Shown here piece by piece: positions 8,484 to 20,471 of a DNA stretch of 64,000 nucleotides; position 1 is the first letter of the stretch; every line of letters starts with the position of its first letter. The notes beneath the pieces were generated by a model that had not been told where the DNA came from, did no database searches, and saw nothing but the letters and a program-made list of their open reading frames with translations. Origin of the DNA: an uncultured archaeon (lineage in GTDB: Archaea > Thermoplasmatota > Thermoplasmata > Thermoplasmatales > Thermoplasmataceae). The stretch is taken from NCBI GenBank assembly GCA_000965745.1, contig CP009479.1:1248001-1312000 (forward strand). The letters are read 5' to 3'. Made by a program: the position numbers and the translations under genes.

Positions 8484-10772
8484 CTACTGGAGAATATACC
8501 TTTCAACATCATATAAAACTTCTTCAACCATCAATCCCAAATTCTCATCATAATCAAAGCTGGAGGTGAGAGCAAATATACCGGGTTGGACCTCCTCCAC
8601 TGAACCTTTGGCTAATAACTTCTCGAATTCAGGATTGTATATATTTACGGTATAACGTTGAAGTCTTCTTATCAGCTTTCTGTCTGCTCCATTCATTTTC
8701 AGCTCTTCTACTAAATCATCACTCTCCCCATATCTGACTATCACGGTTTTTTGAACAGAGTCATCTATTATGTGAAACATATTCGAGGCAGTTCTGAAAG
8801 AAATTCCAAACTCGGGCCTATCCGGTGAAAGCAAATTCATAATCCCTCTATCATCAAATGAATTGACTTTCCAGTATAACTCAGAAAAGAAACGATTGAA
8901 TGCTTCAGGGACCAGGGGATTCTCCTTTATATCGGAAACAAATTCTAAAGTCGTACTCTCAGCTTTCCTGAGTATGCCGGCAGGCGGATGCCTTGGGCCA
9001 TTGAAAACTACAACCTTGCCCGCCTCATTCATAAGGCCTTCTCTATTGCACCTCCCTGCTGCCTGTGCTATTGAATCCAGTCCAGACATTGCCCTGTAAA
9101 CAACCGGAAAATCGACATCAACTCCCGCTTCTATCAGTTGCGTACTTATGACCCTGACTCGTTCACCCTCCCTTAGCCTATCTTTTATTTCTGCTATTTT
9201 CCTGCTCCTATGTTCACCACACATAAGGGCCGAAAGGTGGTAGGTTCCTTCTGGCATGAGCCTGTACAATTCCCGGCAACTCTTCCTGTCGGAGACAATG
9301 CACAACACCTGTTCGTGAAGTTTCAACTCATATGAAATTTCCTCCCAGGTCTTCTTTGAATGAAGGTCATCGGGTAAACTGACATCCACTCTCCTGATCT
9401 TTTCAAAGATTTCAGAGACTTCTCCACCCATTATTTCAGTGATGCCTTTAAACCCTGGAAAGAGTCCGTTGGTGGATTCGTGCTCTACCAAAGCAGGCTG
9501 GGTTGCAGTTGATAATAGTATAGTTACACCGTAGTGCTCCACAAGAAGTTTTAAAGTAGCCATTATGGGCCCAAGAAGCTGGATAGGCAATAACTGGGCC
9601 TCGTCAAAAATTACAACTGAGTTGACAATATTATGCAACTTTCTGCATTTGCTGGATTTGTGGGAGAACAATGATTCGAAAAACTGGACGGATGTGGTAA
9701 TTACAAACGGGGCATCCCAATTTTCCGTTGCCAGCCTGGCTTTAGGGGTTGTGTCTTCTTCGGATATGTTTGAGTGATGTTCAATAACGTTGTCATCACC
9801 CAGTACTCTGCGGAAAACCCCTGCATTCTGCTCAATTATGCTGGTGAACGGGATTACATATATTACGCGGTCCATCTTGTTAATTTCCGCATGATTGAGG
9901 GCAAAAGCAAGGCTGGAAAGCGTTTTTCCGCCACCAGTGGGGACTGTAAGTGAGAAAACCCCGCGGGGCATATTTGCAGCCTCTGCGCAGCGCTGCCTGA
10001 CACATTTTCTGATACGGTTAACTGCTCTATCCTTTGCGCCAGCCTCAAATTCCTCCATGTAGTTGTTGTATTTAACAAGCAAAGCTTCGAGACTGGCGCT
10101 CCCGCCTCTAATTTCTGATTTTAAACTATCCATGTATGATTCTGTATCAAGAAAATCCGCGTCTACTAAACTGGAAAACAGCATTCTGATCCATAATGAC
10201 AGATCAAGTTTATTGTCAAAGGCCCACCCGGGTCGTGGAAGTTCTGGCAGATCGAGGCTGTGGAGCAGATCTTTGTCCAAACCGTCAATAGTAAGCGATT
10301 TCTCTAACTGATACTTTAATGAGGAGGCGGCACTGAGTGATGTGGACCAGTCGGGAAGGCCGGTGTGGTGACCCGCAATGCCGTATGAAATGAGCCTTCC
10401 TTCGAATGGGTATTTTTGCTCAGCGTAAACCGCCCCGTATATGGCATGTGGTATTTTGCCATTCTTACCCTCCAAATGGGCTTCAGGTTCAAATCCACTT
10501 TTTGTCCTCAAATAGTTTTGCCACTCGGCGCGACTCTTTCCTAAATCGTGCAATAAACCCATGGCCTCAGCCCAAGGCCCAGAGCCAAATTTATCTGCGA
10601 AAGTCCCAGCCAGTCTTCCAGTTCCGACTAGGTGTTCTATCAATGGATGCGGACTATCCCATAACCCGTCACCTTTCTGATGCACATGTGCTATCAATCT
10701 TTCTTTATTAATCCCAGAATCTCCACCAACAAAACTCATCTGAAAGACCCCTGTAGACCTGAGTATAGGCAC
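8484..10772 (-). CDS. cas3: Cas3 HD nuclease-helicase
   Basis: LLHDLGK HD motif, GHHTGL, LVDADFLD, PTGGGKT, DEAQ, QAAGRCNREG; true start may be ATG 10739. Confidence 0.97.
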   Translation of the reverse strand: MPILRSTGVFQMSFVGGDSGINKERLIAHVHQKGDGLWDSPHPLIEHLVGTGRLAGTFADKFGSGPWAEAMGLLHDLGKSRAEWQNYLRTKSGFEPEAHLEGKNGKIPHAIYGAVYAEQKYPFEGRLISYGIAGHHTGLPDWSTSLSAASSLKYQLEKSLTIDGLDKDLLHSLDLPELPRPGWAFDNKLDLSLWIRMLFSSLVDADFLDTESYMDSLKSEIRGGSASLEALLVKYNNYMEEFEAGAKDRAVNRIRKCVRQRCAEAANMPRGVFSLTVPTGGGKTLSSLAFALNHAEINKMDRVIYVIPFTSIIEQNAGVFRRVLGDDNVIEHHSNISEEDTTPKARLATENWDAPFVITTSVQFFESLFSHKSSKCRKLHNIVNSVVIFDEAQLLPIQLLGPIMATLKLLVEHYGVTILLSTATQPALVEHESTNGLFPGFKGITEIMGGEVSEIFEKIRRVDVSLPDDLHSKKTWEEISYELKLHEQVLCIVSDRKSCRELYRLMPEGTYHLSALMCGEHRSRKIAEIKDRLREGERVRVISTQLIEAGVDVDFPVVYRAMSGLDSIAQAAGRCNREGLMNEAGKVVVFNGPRHPPAGILRKAESTTLEFVSDIKENPLVPEAFNRFFSELYWKVNSFDDRGIMNLLSPDRPEFGISFRTASNMFHIIDDSVQKTVIVRYGESDDLVEELKMNGADRKLIRRLQRYTVNIYNPEFEKLLAKGSVEEVQPGIFALTSSFDYDENLGLMVEEVLYDVERYILQ

Positions 10773-10866
10773 TTGAAAGTCTTTTAAGGTTACGGTTTAA
10801 ATGTCACGTTGAAATTTCGATGAGAATTAGCGTTAATGTGCAGATATTGCTTCTATGAAAGAAGTC

Positions 10867-11082
10867 CTACAGATCCTGCAAACCCTCCATTCTCAAATAC
10901 TTTCTTTTCGTGATCCATTCCTCATTCATGTCCATCAATATCGCTCCAGCAAGCCTAATAAAAGAATTCCATGATGGAAATTCGTTTACTCTCATTGCTC
11001 TTCTCATGGTCTCATAATTCAAGCCCCAACTCATGTTTGTTGCCTGCGTCCTAATCAGTGCTAATTGCATACTGTCATTCAC
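10867..11082 (-). pseudogene. IS256-family transposase C-terminal remnant
   Basis: TNM..LN.E.MRR.MRV..FPSWNSFIRLAGAILMDMNEEW resembles the IS256/mutator C-terminus; no DDE core present. Confidence 0.65.
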
Positions 11083-11400
11083 ATCATCAACATTCTACGA
11101 AGTAATTATTTTGAGGATCTTGTATGGGATGCTCTTCAGGATCGTCTGCATAATCAGACTTCAACAATTCATATGGAAATCAGTAGAATTTCGGATTTTG
11201 TCCTTATCATGATATTTAATGACTAAATCATAACAGAACCCAGACTTCTATGCTTATTCGCGAGTCCTTATGATAAACATAGGGCAAAATCTACCCACAG
11301 TAAAGTGAAGAGAGCCATCTTTTAAAAACCTAGTAAGGTGTCTTATTTTTCAATGTGGGTAGAATTAGTATTAATATTGTATTCGAATAGAAAAACATAG

Positions 11401-11485
11401 TGCGGAGGGCCGGATTTGAACCGGCGTATCCCTTCGGAAACAGATCTTGAGTCTGTCGCATTTGACCTAGCTCTGCTACCTCCGC
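11401..11485 (-). tRNA. tRNA-Leu(CAA)
   Basis: Reverse complement GCGGAGG...ACAGA-CTCAAGA-TCTGT...long variable arm...GTTCAAATC...CCTCCGCA; CCA not encoded. Confidence 0.96.
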
Positions 11486-11542
11486 CTGCAACGTTTATTG
11501 GGTTGTGATTAATTTTATTTTGCTTCTCTGCCTACTCTGACA

Positions 11543-11788
11543 TTGGTGAAGGATTCAAAGAAAGGAAAAATAGAGTTCGACCTTTCAGTCGATGTTGATC
11601 CTGAAACATGCGAGATGATACGAAAATCGCTCAATCCAGATAACGACCCAAATATAACTATGGTATGTTCAGGGGGAAAACTGAGCGTTAATGTAAGAAA
11701 CCTCAAAATTAGTTCCCTGTACAATATAACGGACGATATTCTAAGATGCTATGAAACTTCAAAAAAAATAGTAGATGGAAGGATTTAG
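11543..11788 (+). CDS. pcc1: KEOPS complex Pcc1-like subunit
   Basis: About 80 aa; IRKSLNPD...ISSL....DDILR pattern typical of Pcc1. Confidence 0.65.
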   Translation: MVKDSKKGKIEFDLSVDVDPETCEMIRKSLNPDNDPNITMVCSGGKLSVNVRNLKISSLYNITDDILRCYETSKKIVDGRI

Positions 11789-12747
11789 GCTTCCAGTTCC
11801 TGTTCCACTTTCAGGTCGAGCTTTTCTGTAAGCTCTTTGTATCTGTTTCTTATGGTCACTTCAGTAACGCCCGCGACTTCAGCAACAGCGCGCTGTGTCC
11901 TTCTCTCTTCTGTGAGAAGTGACGCGATATATATCGCAGCAGCAGCCACCCCTGTAGGACCTTTTCCAGATGTCAGATCAGAGTCTTCAGCCATCTTCAG
12001 GATCTCAGATGCCTTTTTCCTGGCATCCATTGAAAGCTTCAGCTTGCTGCAGAACCTGTTGACGTAATCTTCAGGCTTTGAAGGCATAATGTTAAGCTTC
12101 AGATACCTGCTCATTATCCTGTAGGTTCTACCTATCTCCTTCTTCTTAACTCTTGTAACAGCAGCGATCTCGTCAAGTGTTCTCGGAACGTTCGTTATTC
12201 TGCACGCAGCGTATATTGCACCTGCTACGACTCCCTCGATGCTCCTTCCTCTTATCATGTTCTGCTTCACTGCTTTCCTGTAAATTACAGCTGCAGTCTC
12301 ACGGACATCATTGGGTATGCTAAGGTTGGATGCCATTCTCTCAAGCTCCTGAAGGGCCTGAGAAAGGTTCCTCTCAGCGGCATTGGATACCTTGATCCTC
12401 TTCTGCCATTTCCTAAGCCTGTAAAGCTGGGCTCTGTTTCTGGTCGGGATGGATTTCCCGTATGAGTCTTTGTTCTTCCATGATATATCTGTCGACAATC
12501 CCTTGTCGTGGATTGTGAAAGTCATAGGAGATCCCGCTCTTGCCCTGCTCTCATTCTGCTCGGAATCGAAAGCTCTCCACTCGGGTCCCTGATCGATATA
12601 GCTTTCGTCGATAACTATACCGCAGTTGTTACATATGAGCTCACCTCGCTCATAGTCTCTTACGAGTTGGGTAGAACTGCATTCTGGGCATCTGGTTATT
12701 TCATCAATATTTTCTTTTTTCTTCTTCTCTGTTTCTGTCATACTCAA
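11785..12747 (-). CDS. tfb: Transcription initiation factor IIB
   Basis: Zn ribbon CPEC...[15 protein letters not shown]-reader, two cyclin repeats, [13 protein letters not shown]. Confidence 0.98.
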   Translation of the reverse strand: MSMTETEKKKKENIDEITRCPECSSTQLVRDYERGELICNNCGIVIDESYIDQGPEWRAFDSEQNESRARAGSPMTFTIHDKGLSTDISWKNKDSYGKSIPTRNRAQLYRLRKWQKRIKVSNAAERNLSQALQELERMASNLSIPNDVRETAAVIYRKAVKQNMIRGRSIEGVVAGAIYAACRITNVPRTLDEIAAVTRVKKKEIGRTYRIMSRYLKLNIMPSKPEDYVNRFCSKLKLSMDARKKASEILKMAEDSDLTSGKGPTGVAAAAIYIASLLTEERRTQRAVAEVAGVTEVTIRNRYKELTEKLDLKVEQELEA

Positions 12748-12754
12748 CCACCAT

Positions 12755-12967
12755 TCACCTCGTATACACTTCTTCGACGTCCCTCATAGACGGGGCGTCC
12801 AGTTTAACCACACCATAGGGTTCGGCTACAGGTCCAAGAATCCGTACAACTTTCCCTATCTTCTTTCCGCTTGAGTCATAAACCTTCTCGTACATCTTTA
12901 GCATTTCTGGAATTCGCACGAGAATTTCGTTAGTAAATCTATTAACGACGACGCAGCGGTTCTTCAT
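12755..12967 (-). CDS. gar1: H/ACA RNP protein Gar1
   Basis: [24 protein letters not shown] pattern; conserved gar1-tfb linkage in archaea. Confidence 0.85.
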   Translation of the reverse strand: MKNRCVVVNRFTNEILVRIPEMLKMYEKVYDSSGKKIGKVVRILGPVAEPYGVVKLDAPSMRDVEEVYTR

Positions 12968-13323
12968 GGTATTACCTATATTTGGTCTAGGTATTTAAGT
13001 ATTTCGAAAAAATATTATGATGTTCTGGAATCATATTAAAGCATTATTACATATAATTGTTTGATTTGAGAAATGCTTCTCTTCCATCTCTATCAACATT
13101 TAGCCATCCTTGCATTGGCATGAAGCTATGTCATCAGGGGTGGAACTATTTTACTAACTAATTGGTTATAATAAAACGCTTATTTAATAGTTTCTTTCGC
13201 ATTGAAAAAATAACTATCGCAATTACAAAAGGAAGCGCGCTATATACACTAACAGAAAATCAAAAAGGTTTAATATTTACTTTAATGTAGTTGAGAAGTA
13301 AGCTTGCTGTTGTAGGTGTTCAA

Positions 13324-14259
13324 ATGGAATCTGAAAGTGGAGATAGTATTCAAAAGCGATGCTCAGAGTGTAATTCTGAGCATCTAGTTAGGGATTATGA
13401 AAGAGGAGAGTTGCTTTGTAATGATTGTGGAATGGTTCTTGAGGACTCCTTTATAGACCAGGGACCGGAATGGCGTGCATTTGATTCTGAACAGGACGAC
13501 AGAAGGGCCAGGACAGGGTCCCCGATGACATTTTTGAGCCATGACAAGGGTCTGGCCACAGAAATATCCTGGTCAAACAAGGATTATTATGGAAAGAGAA
13601 TTCCACATAAGAACAGGGCACAGATATACCGAGTAAGAAAGTGGCATCAGAGAATAAGGGTAAGCAATGCAGCGGAGAGAAATCTTTCACTGGCGCTGCA
13701 GATGCTTAACGACAACGGTGCCAAACTTGGAATACCGAAGGACATAAAAGAAACTGCCGCGCTGATATACAGGAAGGCAGTTGAAAAGAATCTCATCAGG
13801 GGAAGAAGCATAGAGAGTATTGTTTGTGCTTCTGTATATGCTGCATGCAGAAAGGTCAACCTCCCAAGGACGCTTGACGAAATATCAAAGGCCTCTGAAG
13901 TAAACAAGAAGAAGATTGGAAAAGCCTATAGGCACCTCGCAAAAGAGCTAAACCTGAACCTCAAGCCAACAACACCATACTCTTACGTTGCTCAGTTCTG
14001 CAGCAAGCTTGAACTTGACAAACAGGCAATCGTACTGAGCGAGGACATTGTCAGGAAATCCATTGAACTTGGAATATCTTCTGGCAAAGGGCCAACCGGT
14101 GTCGCAGCCGCATCCATATATATAGCTTCGGTAGTGGTGGGCAAACCCAGGACCCAGAAAGAAATCGCGAGGGTCTCGGGAGTAACTGAAGTTACCATCA
14201 GGAATCGTTATAAAGAAATTAGCAAGGCCTTGGGCTTGCCCGGAATAGACACGTCCTGA
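13324..14259 (+). CDS. tfb: Second TFB paralogue, divergently transcribed
   Basis: CSEC...[27 protein letters not shown]; start at ATG 13324 after AGGTG. Confidence 0.97.
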   Translation: MESESGDSIQKRCSECNSEHLVRDYERGELLCNDCGMVLEDSFIDQGPEWRAFDSEQDDRRARTGSPMTFLSHDKGLATEISWSNKDYYGKRIPHKNRAQIYRVRKWHQRIRVSNAAERNLSLALQMLNDNGAKLGIPKDIKETAALIYRKAVEKNLIRGRSIESIVCASVYAACRKVNLPRTLDEISKASEVNKKKIGKAYRHLAKELNLNLKPTTPYSYVAQFCSKLELDKQAIVLSEDIVRKSIELGISSGKGPTGVAAASIYIASVVVGKPRTQKEIARVSGVTEVTIRNRYKEISKALGLPGIDTS

Positions 14260-14265
14260 GGCCGA

Positions 14266-14841
14266 ATGAAGATTTACGTAATAGACAACGGGGGACAATG
14301 GACTCACAGGGAATGGAGGGTTCTCAGAAACCTTGGCGTGGACTCCAAGATTGTCCCCAACACCACACCTGCAGAAGAGCTGAAGGAGCTTGACGGCCTG
14401 GTCCTTTCTGGAGGGGCCCCAAGCATAGTTTCTGAACTCGATAAACTGGGAAACGTAAAAGAATACCTTTCAACGCTGGACTATCCTATCTTTGGAATCT
14501 GCGTGGGAGCACAATTCATAGCACTAAACTTCGATGGAGACGTAGGGCCGGGGGAAACTCCTGAATTCGGCCGGACCGAGGTATTCTTTGATGATACCGG
14601 GGGAATCTTCACAGGGCTCCCACAAATGATTGTAGCATGGGAAAACCACAACGATGAAATCAAGAATCTCAATGATGAATTCATTATTGCTGGTTACTCC
14701 AAAACGTGCAAAATCCAGGCTTTTTACCATAAAACAAGGCCCATATACGGCGTTCAGTTCCATCCGGAGGTCAGCAACACAGAATTCGGCGAGGAAATCT
14801 TCAAGAATTTTGTGCAAGAATGCAAGTCCCGGAAGATCTGA
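14266..14841 (+). CDS. guaAA: GMP synthase glutaminase subunit A
   Basis: IDNGGQWTHR, GICVGAQ, QFHPEV class I glutamine amidotransferase triad. Confidence 0.93.
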   Translation: MKIYVIDNGGQWTHREWRVLRNLGVDSKIVPNTTPAEELKELDGLVLSGGAPSIVSELDKLGNVKEYLSTLDYPIFGICVGAQFIALNFDGDVGPGETPEFGRTEVFFDDTGGIFTGLPQMIVAWENHNDEIKNLNDEFIIAGYSKTCKIQAFYHKTRPIYGVQFHPEVSNTEFGEEIFKNFVQECKSRKI

Positions 14842-14883
14842 ATCTTCCCAAGATTTATATTTAAATATAATTTTACTGTGTGA

Positions 14884-15141
14884 ATGGAAATGTTGGCCGA
14901 GGTAACAGAACTGCTGGGAACTGAAGTTTACAGCGACAAGGGCATTCTTGTGGGGACTATCACCGATATAATCCTTGACATGGAGACGCAGTTCATACAC
15001 GGTCTCTTCATAGAACGATCAAACCCCTCCCTTGTGGAAGGCGGCGCATCAATTTCCGTGCCTTACAGGTGGATAAAGGCCATAGGGGAAATAATACTTC
15101 TGAAAAAGTTTCCCGAATTCGTGAAGATTGGAACCGAGTGA
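14884..15141 (+). CDS. PRC-barrel domain protein
   Basis: LLGTEVYSDKG..VG.I.DIILD...VPYRWIKAIGEIILLK. Confidence 0.85.
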   Translation: MEMLAEVTELLGTEVYSDKGILVGTITDIILDMETQFIHGLFIERSNPSLVEGGASISVPYRWIKAIGEIILLKKFPEFVKIGTE

Positions 15142-15143
15142 CC

Positions 15144-16802
15144 TTATCTGTGAAGGAAGTAAGCGGTTCCGCTTCCATCAACTATGTTAACGTAACCATA
15201 CCTTTCCAGCTGGACGACGCCCTTGGCTTCCTTGATGAGGGGTTCAGCAACCCCGTGATCTACGCTTCCGTCGGGTTTCAGGACTGCAAAATCCCCGGAA
15301 TCATGGGGCGCCCACTGAATTATCTTGGTTTTTGATGGTGGCAGATTGGTTTCCTGGCAATTGGCATAGTTCCCGTTCTTGACAACAGCAGCAAGATCCT
15401 TCAGCCTGATCAGGGAACCATTATCCTGGCTGCCCCAATCCTCGGACGGAACATAAACAACAGGGTCCCGGCCAAGGGTGTATTCCCTTCTTCCCATCTC
15501 CGGATTTGAGGGGTGGTAGAGCATGCTCCCCTTCAGCCCTGATTTGCAGGATATATTCACTTCAACCGGGTCGGGAACGAAGAAGAACCTTCTGGCACCG
15601 GGATCCACAATCTCCTTGTTCATCGAATTGAAAATATCCCATGAAAACTCTGCATCACTTTCCCTTAGTCCAGACTCAATCCAGTACCTGCGAAAAGTGT
15701 CCTTCGAATAGCCCCTTTTCCTCAGTGCACGTATTGTGCCAAGCCTTATGTCATCCCATCCGGTATATTCGCCTCTGCTTATCCCCTGTTTTATTATCGA
15801 GGTCTTGAGAACAACATCAGGCATATTGACCATTCCATAATGGTAGTATTCAGGAACTGCCCAGCCGTTATAGTCGAAAATATACTTCTGCTTGTCCGTA
15901 TTGGTCAGCTGATCCTTGCCCCTCAGGACATGGGTGAGTCCAAGGTAGTGATCATCGACCGCCACGCTGAAGCTCATCATTGGATACACCCTGAACCTGT
16001 CGGCAGTTCTGGGGTGCGGCGCCTCAGAGATCCTGAATGCGATCCAGTCCCTGATGGATGGATTGGGATGCTTCAGGTCCGTTTTGACAACAGCTACCGC
16101 TTCACCCTGGCCGTAAGTACCATCTATCATCTTCCCGAACCTTTCCATGGATTCTTCCGATGGGACATCTCTGTCCGGGCATGCCTTCGACTCAAGCTTG
16201 AATTTCCTGAATTTTTCCTGCGGGCAGAGGCAGACATAAATCTGTCCCGCTTCTATCAGTTTCCTTGCCTCATTATAGTAAAGATCCATCCGGTCAGTCT
16301 GGGGAACGATCTTTGTAACGTTGACCCCGAGCCACTCAAGATCTTCAGGGATCATGGTATAGGCGTCGGGATCCACGTTCGCGGGATTTGTATCTTCCAG
16401 TCTGAGAATGAGTTCTCCACCATACCTTTTGACATACTCGTCGTTAAGGATGGCCATCCTCGAATGCCCAAGGTGAAGTGGCCCTGATGGTGAAGGCGCT
16501 AGCCTCATTACCACTTCACCTTTCACATTTCTAAGGTCCGGAAGCCTGTGCTCCTGCACCTTCCTCTCAACTTCAAGGAACTCAGGGAACTGGGATTTGA
16601 CAATATCATCCAATTTCTCCTTTCCGAGGGCGTTGACCTCGTCAACCACGTCCTTTATGGAAGGTATAAGCGATTTTATCTGCTTCCTGGCTTCAGGAAA
16701 TTCTCCGATTACTTTGCTGATCACCGAACCCTGATCAGCCTTTCCGTCATGCATGAAGGCATTTTTCAGGGCATGCTTCCTTATTGATTCCCTATCGACC
16801 AT
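15144..16802 (-). CDS. gltX: Glutamate--tRNA ligase (archaeal)
   Basis: RLAPSPSGPLHLGH (HIGH), LRLEDT, THVLRGKD, GWDDIRL, QLERYGY. Confidence 0.96.
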   Translation of the reverse strand: MVDRESIRKHALKNAFMHDGKADQGSVISKVIGEFPEARKQIKSLIPSIKDVVDEVNALGKEKLDDIVKSQFPEFLEVERKVQEHRLPDLRNVKGEVVMRLAPSPSGPLHLGHSRMAILNDEYVKRYGGELILRLEDTNPANVDPDAYTMIPEDLEWLGVNVTKIVPQTDRMDLYYNEARKLIEAGQIYVCLCPQEKFRKFKLESKACPDRDVPSEESMERFGKMIDGTYGQGEAVAVVKTDLKHPNPSIRDWIAFRISEAPHPRTADRFRVYPMMSFSVAVDDHYLGLTHVLRGKDQLTNTDKQKYIFDYNGWAVPEYYHYGMVNMPDVVLKTSIIKQGISRGEYTGWDDIRLGTIRALRKRGYSKDTFRRYWIESGLRESDAEFSWDIFNSMNKEIVDPGARRFFFVPDPVEVNISCKSGLKGSMLYHPSNPEMGRREYTLGRDPVVYVPSEDWGSQDNGSLIRLKDLAAVVKNGNYANCQETNLPPSKTKIIQWAPHDSGDFAVLKPDGSVDHGVAEPLIKEAKGVVQLERYGYVNIVDGSGTAYFLHR

Positions 16803-17761
16803 GGCATATCACGCTGCAGTTTTTCGTACAGTATTTTTTTCAGATTGTCCAGCGTCTCTTCCATCCCCACTGACACTGTTATATCCTCCCTGACTTCCTG
16901 CTCAATATCTATCTTGCTCTGCAACCTTATTATGGGTTTCCTCAGTATCTCACTTATTTCGCTGAAAAGCCTTTCCTGGGAGTTGTAAGAGTATCCGGAC
17001 TGGCCAGTGCCGTCAAATATGAACAACACCGACCCCGCTATATCTTTAAGGGCCAGAAGGGCTTTCTTCTCCATCTCATTCCTTTCCTCAGCAGGCCGGT
17101 CAAGGATCCCGGGGGTATCTATCAGCTGTATCTTCCTGTTGTTCACAGTAAGATACCCTATGTGTATGGACTGGGTCGTAAACGGATAGGGCGCAACCTT
17201 AACCTCATTTCCAGTAAGGGCCACAATCAGGGAGCTTTTTCCAACATTCGGCATTCCTGCAACAATGAATGTGGGGATTTCTGTATCAACCTCGGGGATT
17301 TTTCTCATGGAATCCCTGCAGTTTCCAAGGAAGAGCAGAGCATCACTGGCATCATTTATGAGGGAAGAGACGCGTCCGTAGTACTCCTTCATTATCTTGT
17401 TCATGTGGTAGATTTCAGACTCCTGCTTGAGCCTCTTTATGTAGTAGGTGCTAAGACTCTCAATCTTCTCTGAAATCCACTGTATCTTTCCAAGGCTCTT
17501 CTTATACTCATCCACGTCAAAAAGAAGATCTACTAGATCTTCATAGAAAGGGTGTATTTTTTCTATCGTGGGAAACTTCTTGATTAACTTCTTGAAATAG
17601 GAACAGGCAATGCCCTCTATTGTGGAAATCCTGTCTATGACTTCCTTGCGGACCTTGTCCGCTTTGTTAGGGAAGTAGGGCTCCTCTATCTTAGAGGCCT
17701 TTGAGAAGCATTTGTCAAGTATCTCCTGGCTTCTCAGTACGGTTGGAATGCGAGTAAACAC
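16781..17761 (-). CDS. NOG1-family GTPase
   Basis: GMPNVGKSS, YPFTT, DTPGILDRP..ERNEME, SKID. Confidence 0.92.
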   Translation of the reverse strand: MFTRIPTVLRSQEILDKCFSKASKIEEPYFPNKADKVRKEVIDRISTIEGIACSYFKKLIKKFPTIEKIHPFYEDLVDLLFDVDEYKKSLGKIQWISEKIESLSTYYIKRLKQESEIYHMNKIMKEYYGRVSSLINDASDALLFLGNCRDSMRKIPEVDTEIPTFIVAGMPNVGKSSLIVALTGNEVKVAPYPFTTQSIHIGYLTVNNRKIQLIDTPGILDRPAEERNEMEKKALLALKDIAGSVLFIFDGTGQSGYSYNSQERLFSEISEILRKPIIRLQSKIDIEQEVREDITVSVGMEETLDNLKKILYEKLQRDMPWSIGNQ

Positions 17762-17818
17762 AACGGGGTATTAAAAGGCAAGTTATTACTTTATTGATTC
17801 TTTCTGCTTCTGAAGAGA

Positions 17819-18004
17819 TTAATCTACTTCTTTAACGACCTTGTCCACTTTCTCTTTCAGTTCGTCGGTGAAGTCGTAAAACCCGTGTGCATATTTTGCG
17901 TGCATTCTCACATTGGAGAATATCTCATTTCTCGTTCCAACGTTGATTTCATAGCTGCAGTCCTGGTTGCCGATATCCTTGCACTTGAATGTATAACGAG
18001 TCAT
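17819..18004 (-). CDS. Small metal-binding protein (DUF1059-like)
   Basis: FKCKDIG..C......HAKYAH pattern; ATG 18004 preceded by GGGAGG. Confidence 0.7.
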   Translation of the reverse strand: MTRYTFKCKDIGNQDCSYEINVGTRNEIFSNVRMHAKYAHGFYDFTDELKEKVDKVVKEVD

Positions 18005-18124
18005 CCTCCCATCAATGTTAGAGATCGATAAATAATTATTGCAGTCATGAAGAAGAATATCGGCTTTTCTCCGTTGCAGACCAAGTCTTGACAAAGTCTA
18101 ATAGTGAAAATGCAATGTAGATCT

Positions 18125-18376
18125 ATGCTCGTTGAAGATCACAGATACATATCTTGTGGAGGCGATCCATTCAATTACATAAAGAGCACGATGAAAGGGC
18201 TTTACTTTCAGCTAGACCCTGGCCAGGATGCTCAGATACTGCTTCTGAAGGAGAAATTCCCCTATGACCGGAAGACCTTCGAAGGGGTGGCAAGAACATC
18301 GAAGCTTACGCTGTTTGATTTCAAAGAGGAAAAGGAGGAACTATCCCTCTTCGTGAGAAGGACAAATGAAAAGTGA
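18125..18376 (+). CDS. Small hypothetical protein, possibly TusA/SirA-like fold
   Basis: N-terminal EDHRYISCGGDP recalls the D.RG..CP.P motif; similar size. Confidence 0.4.
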   Translation: MLVEDHRYISCGGDPFNYIKSTMKGLYFQLDPGQDAQILLLKEKFPYDRKTFEGVARTSKLTLFDFKEEKEELSLFVRRTNEK

Positions 18377-18482
18377 ATATAATCTAGACACGGTGTTAGA
18401 GCGTTATTTTAAGGCGAAATTTCTAGATTGAAAAGGAAAAGTTATAATAATCATGCGAATTGTTGGAGTGCTTTGTACATAA

Positions 18483-20462
<1,980 letters not shown>

Positions 20463-20471
20463 GGTGGATAA

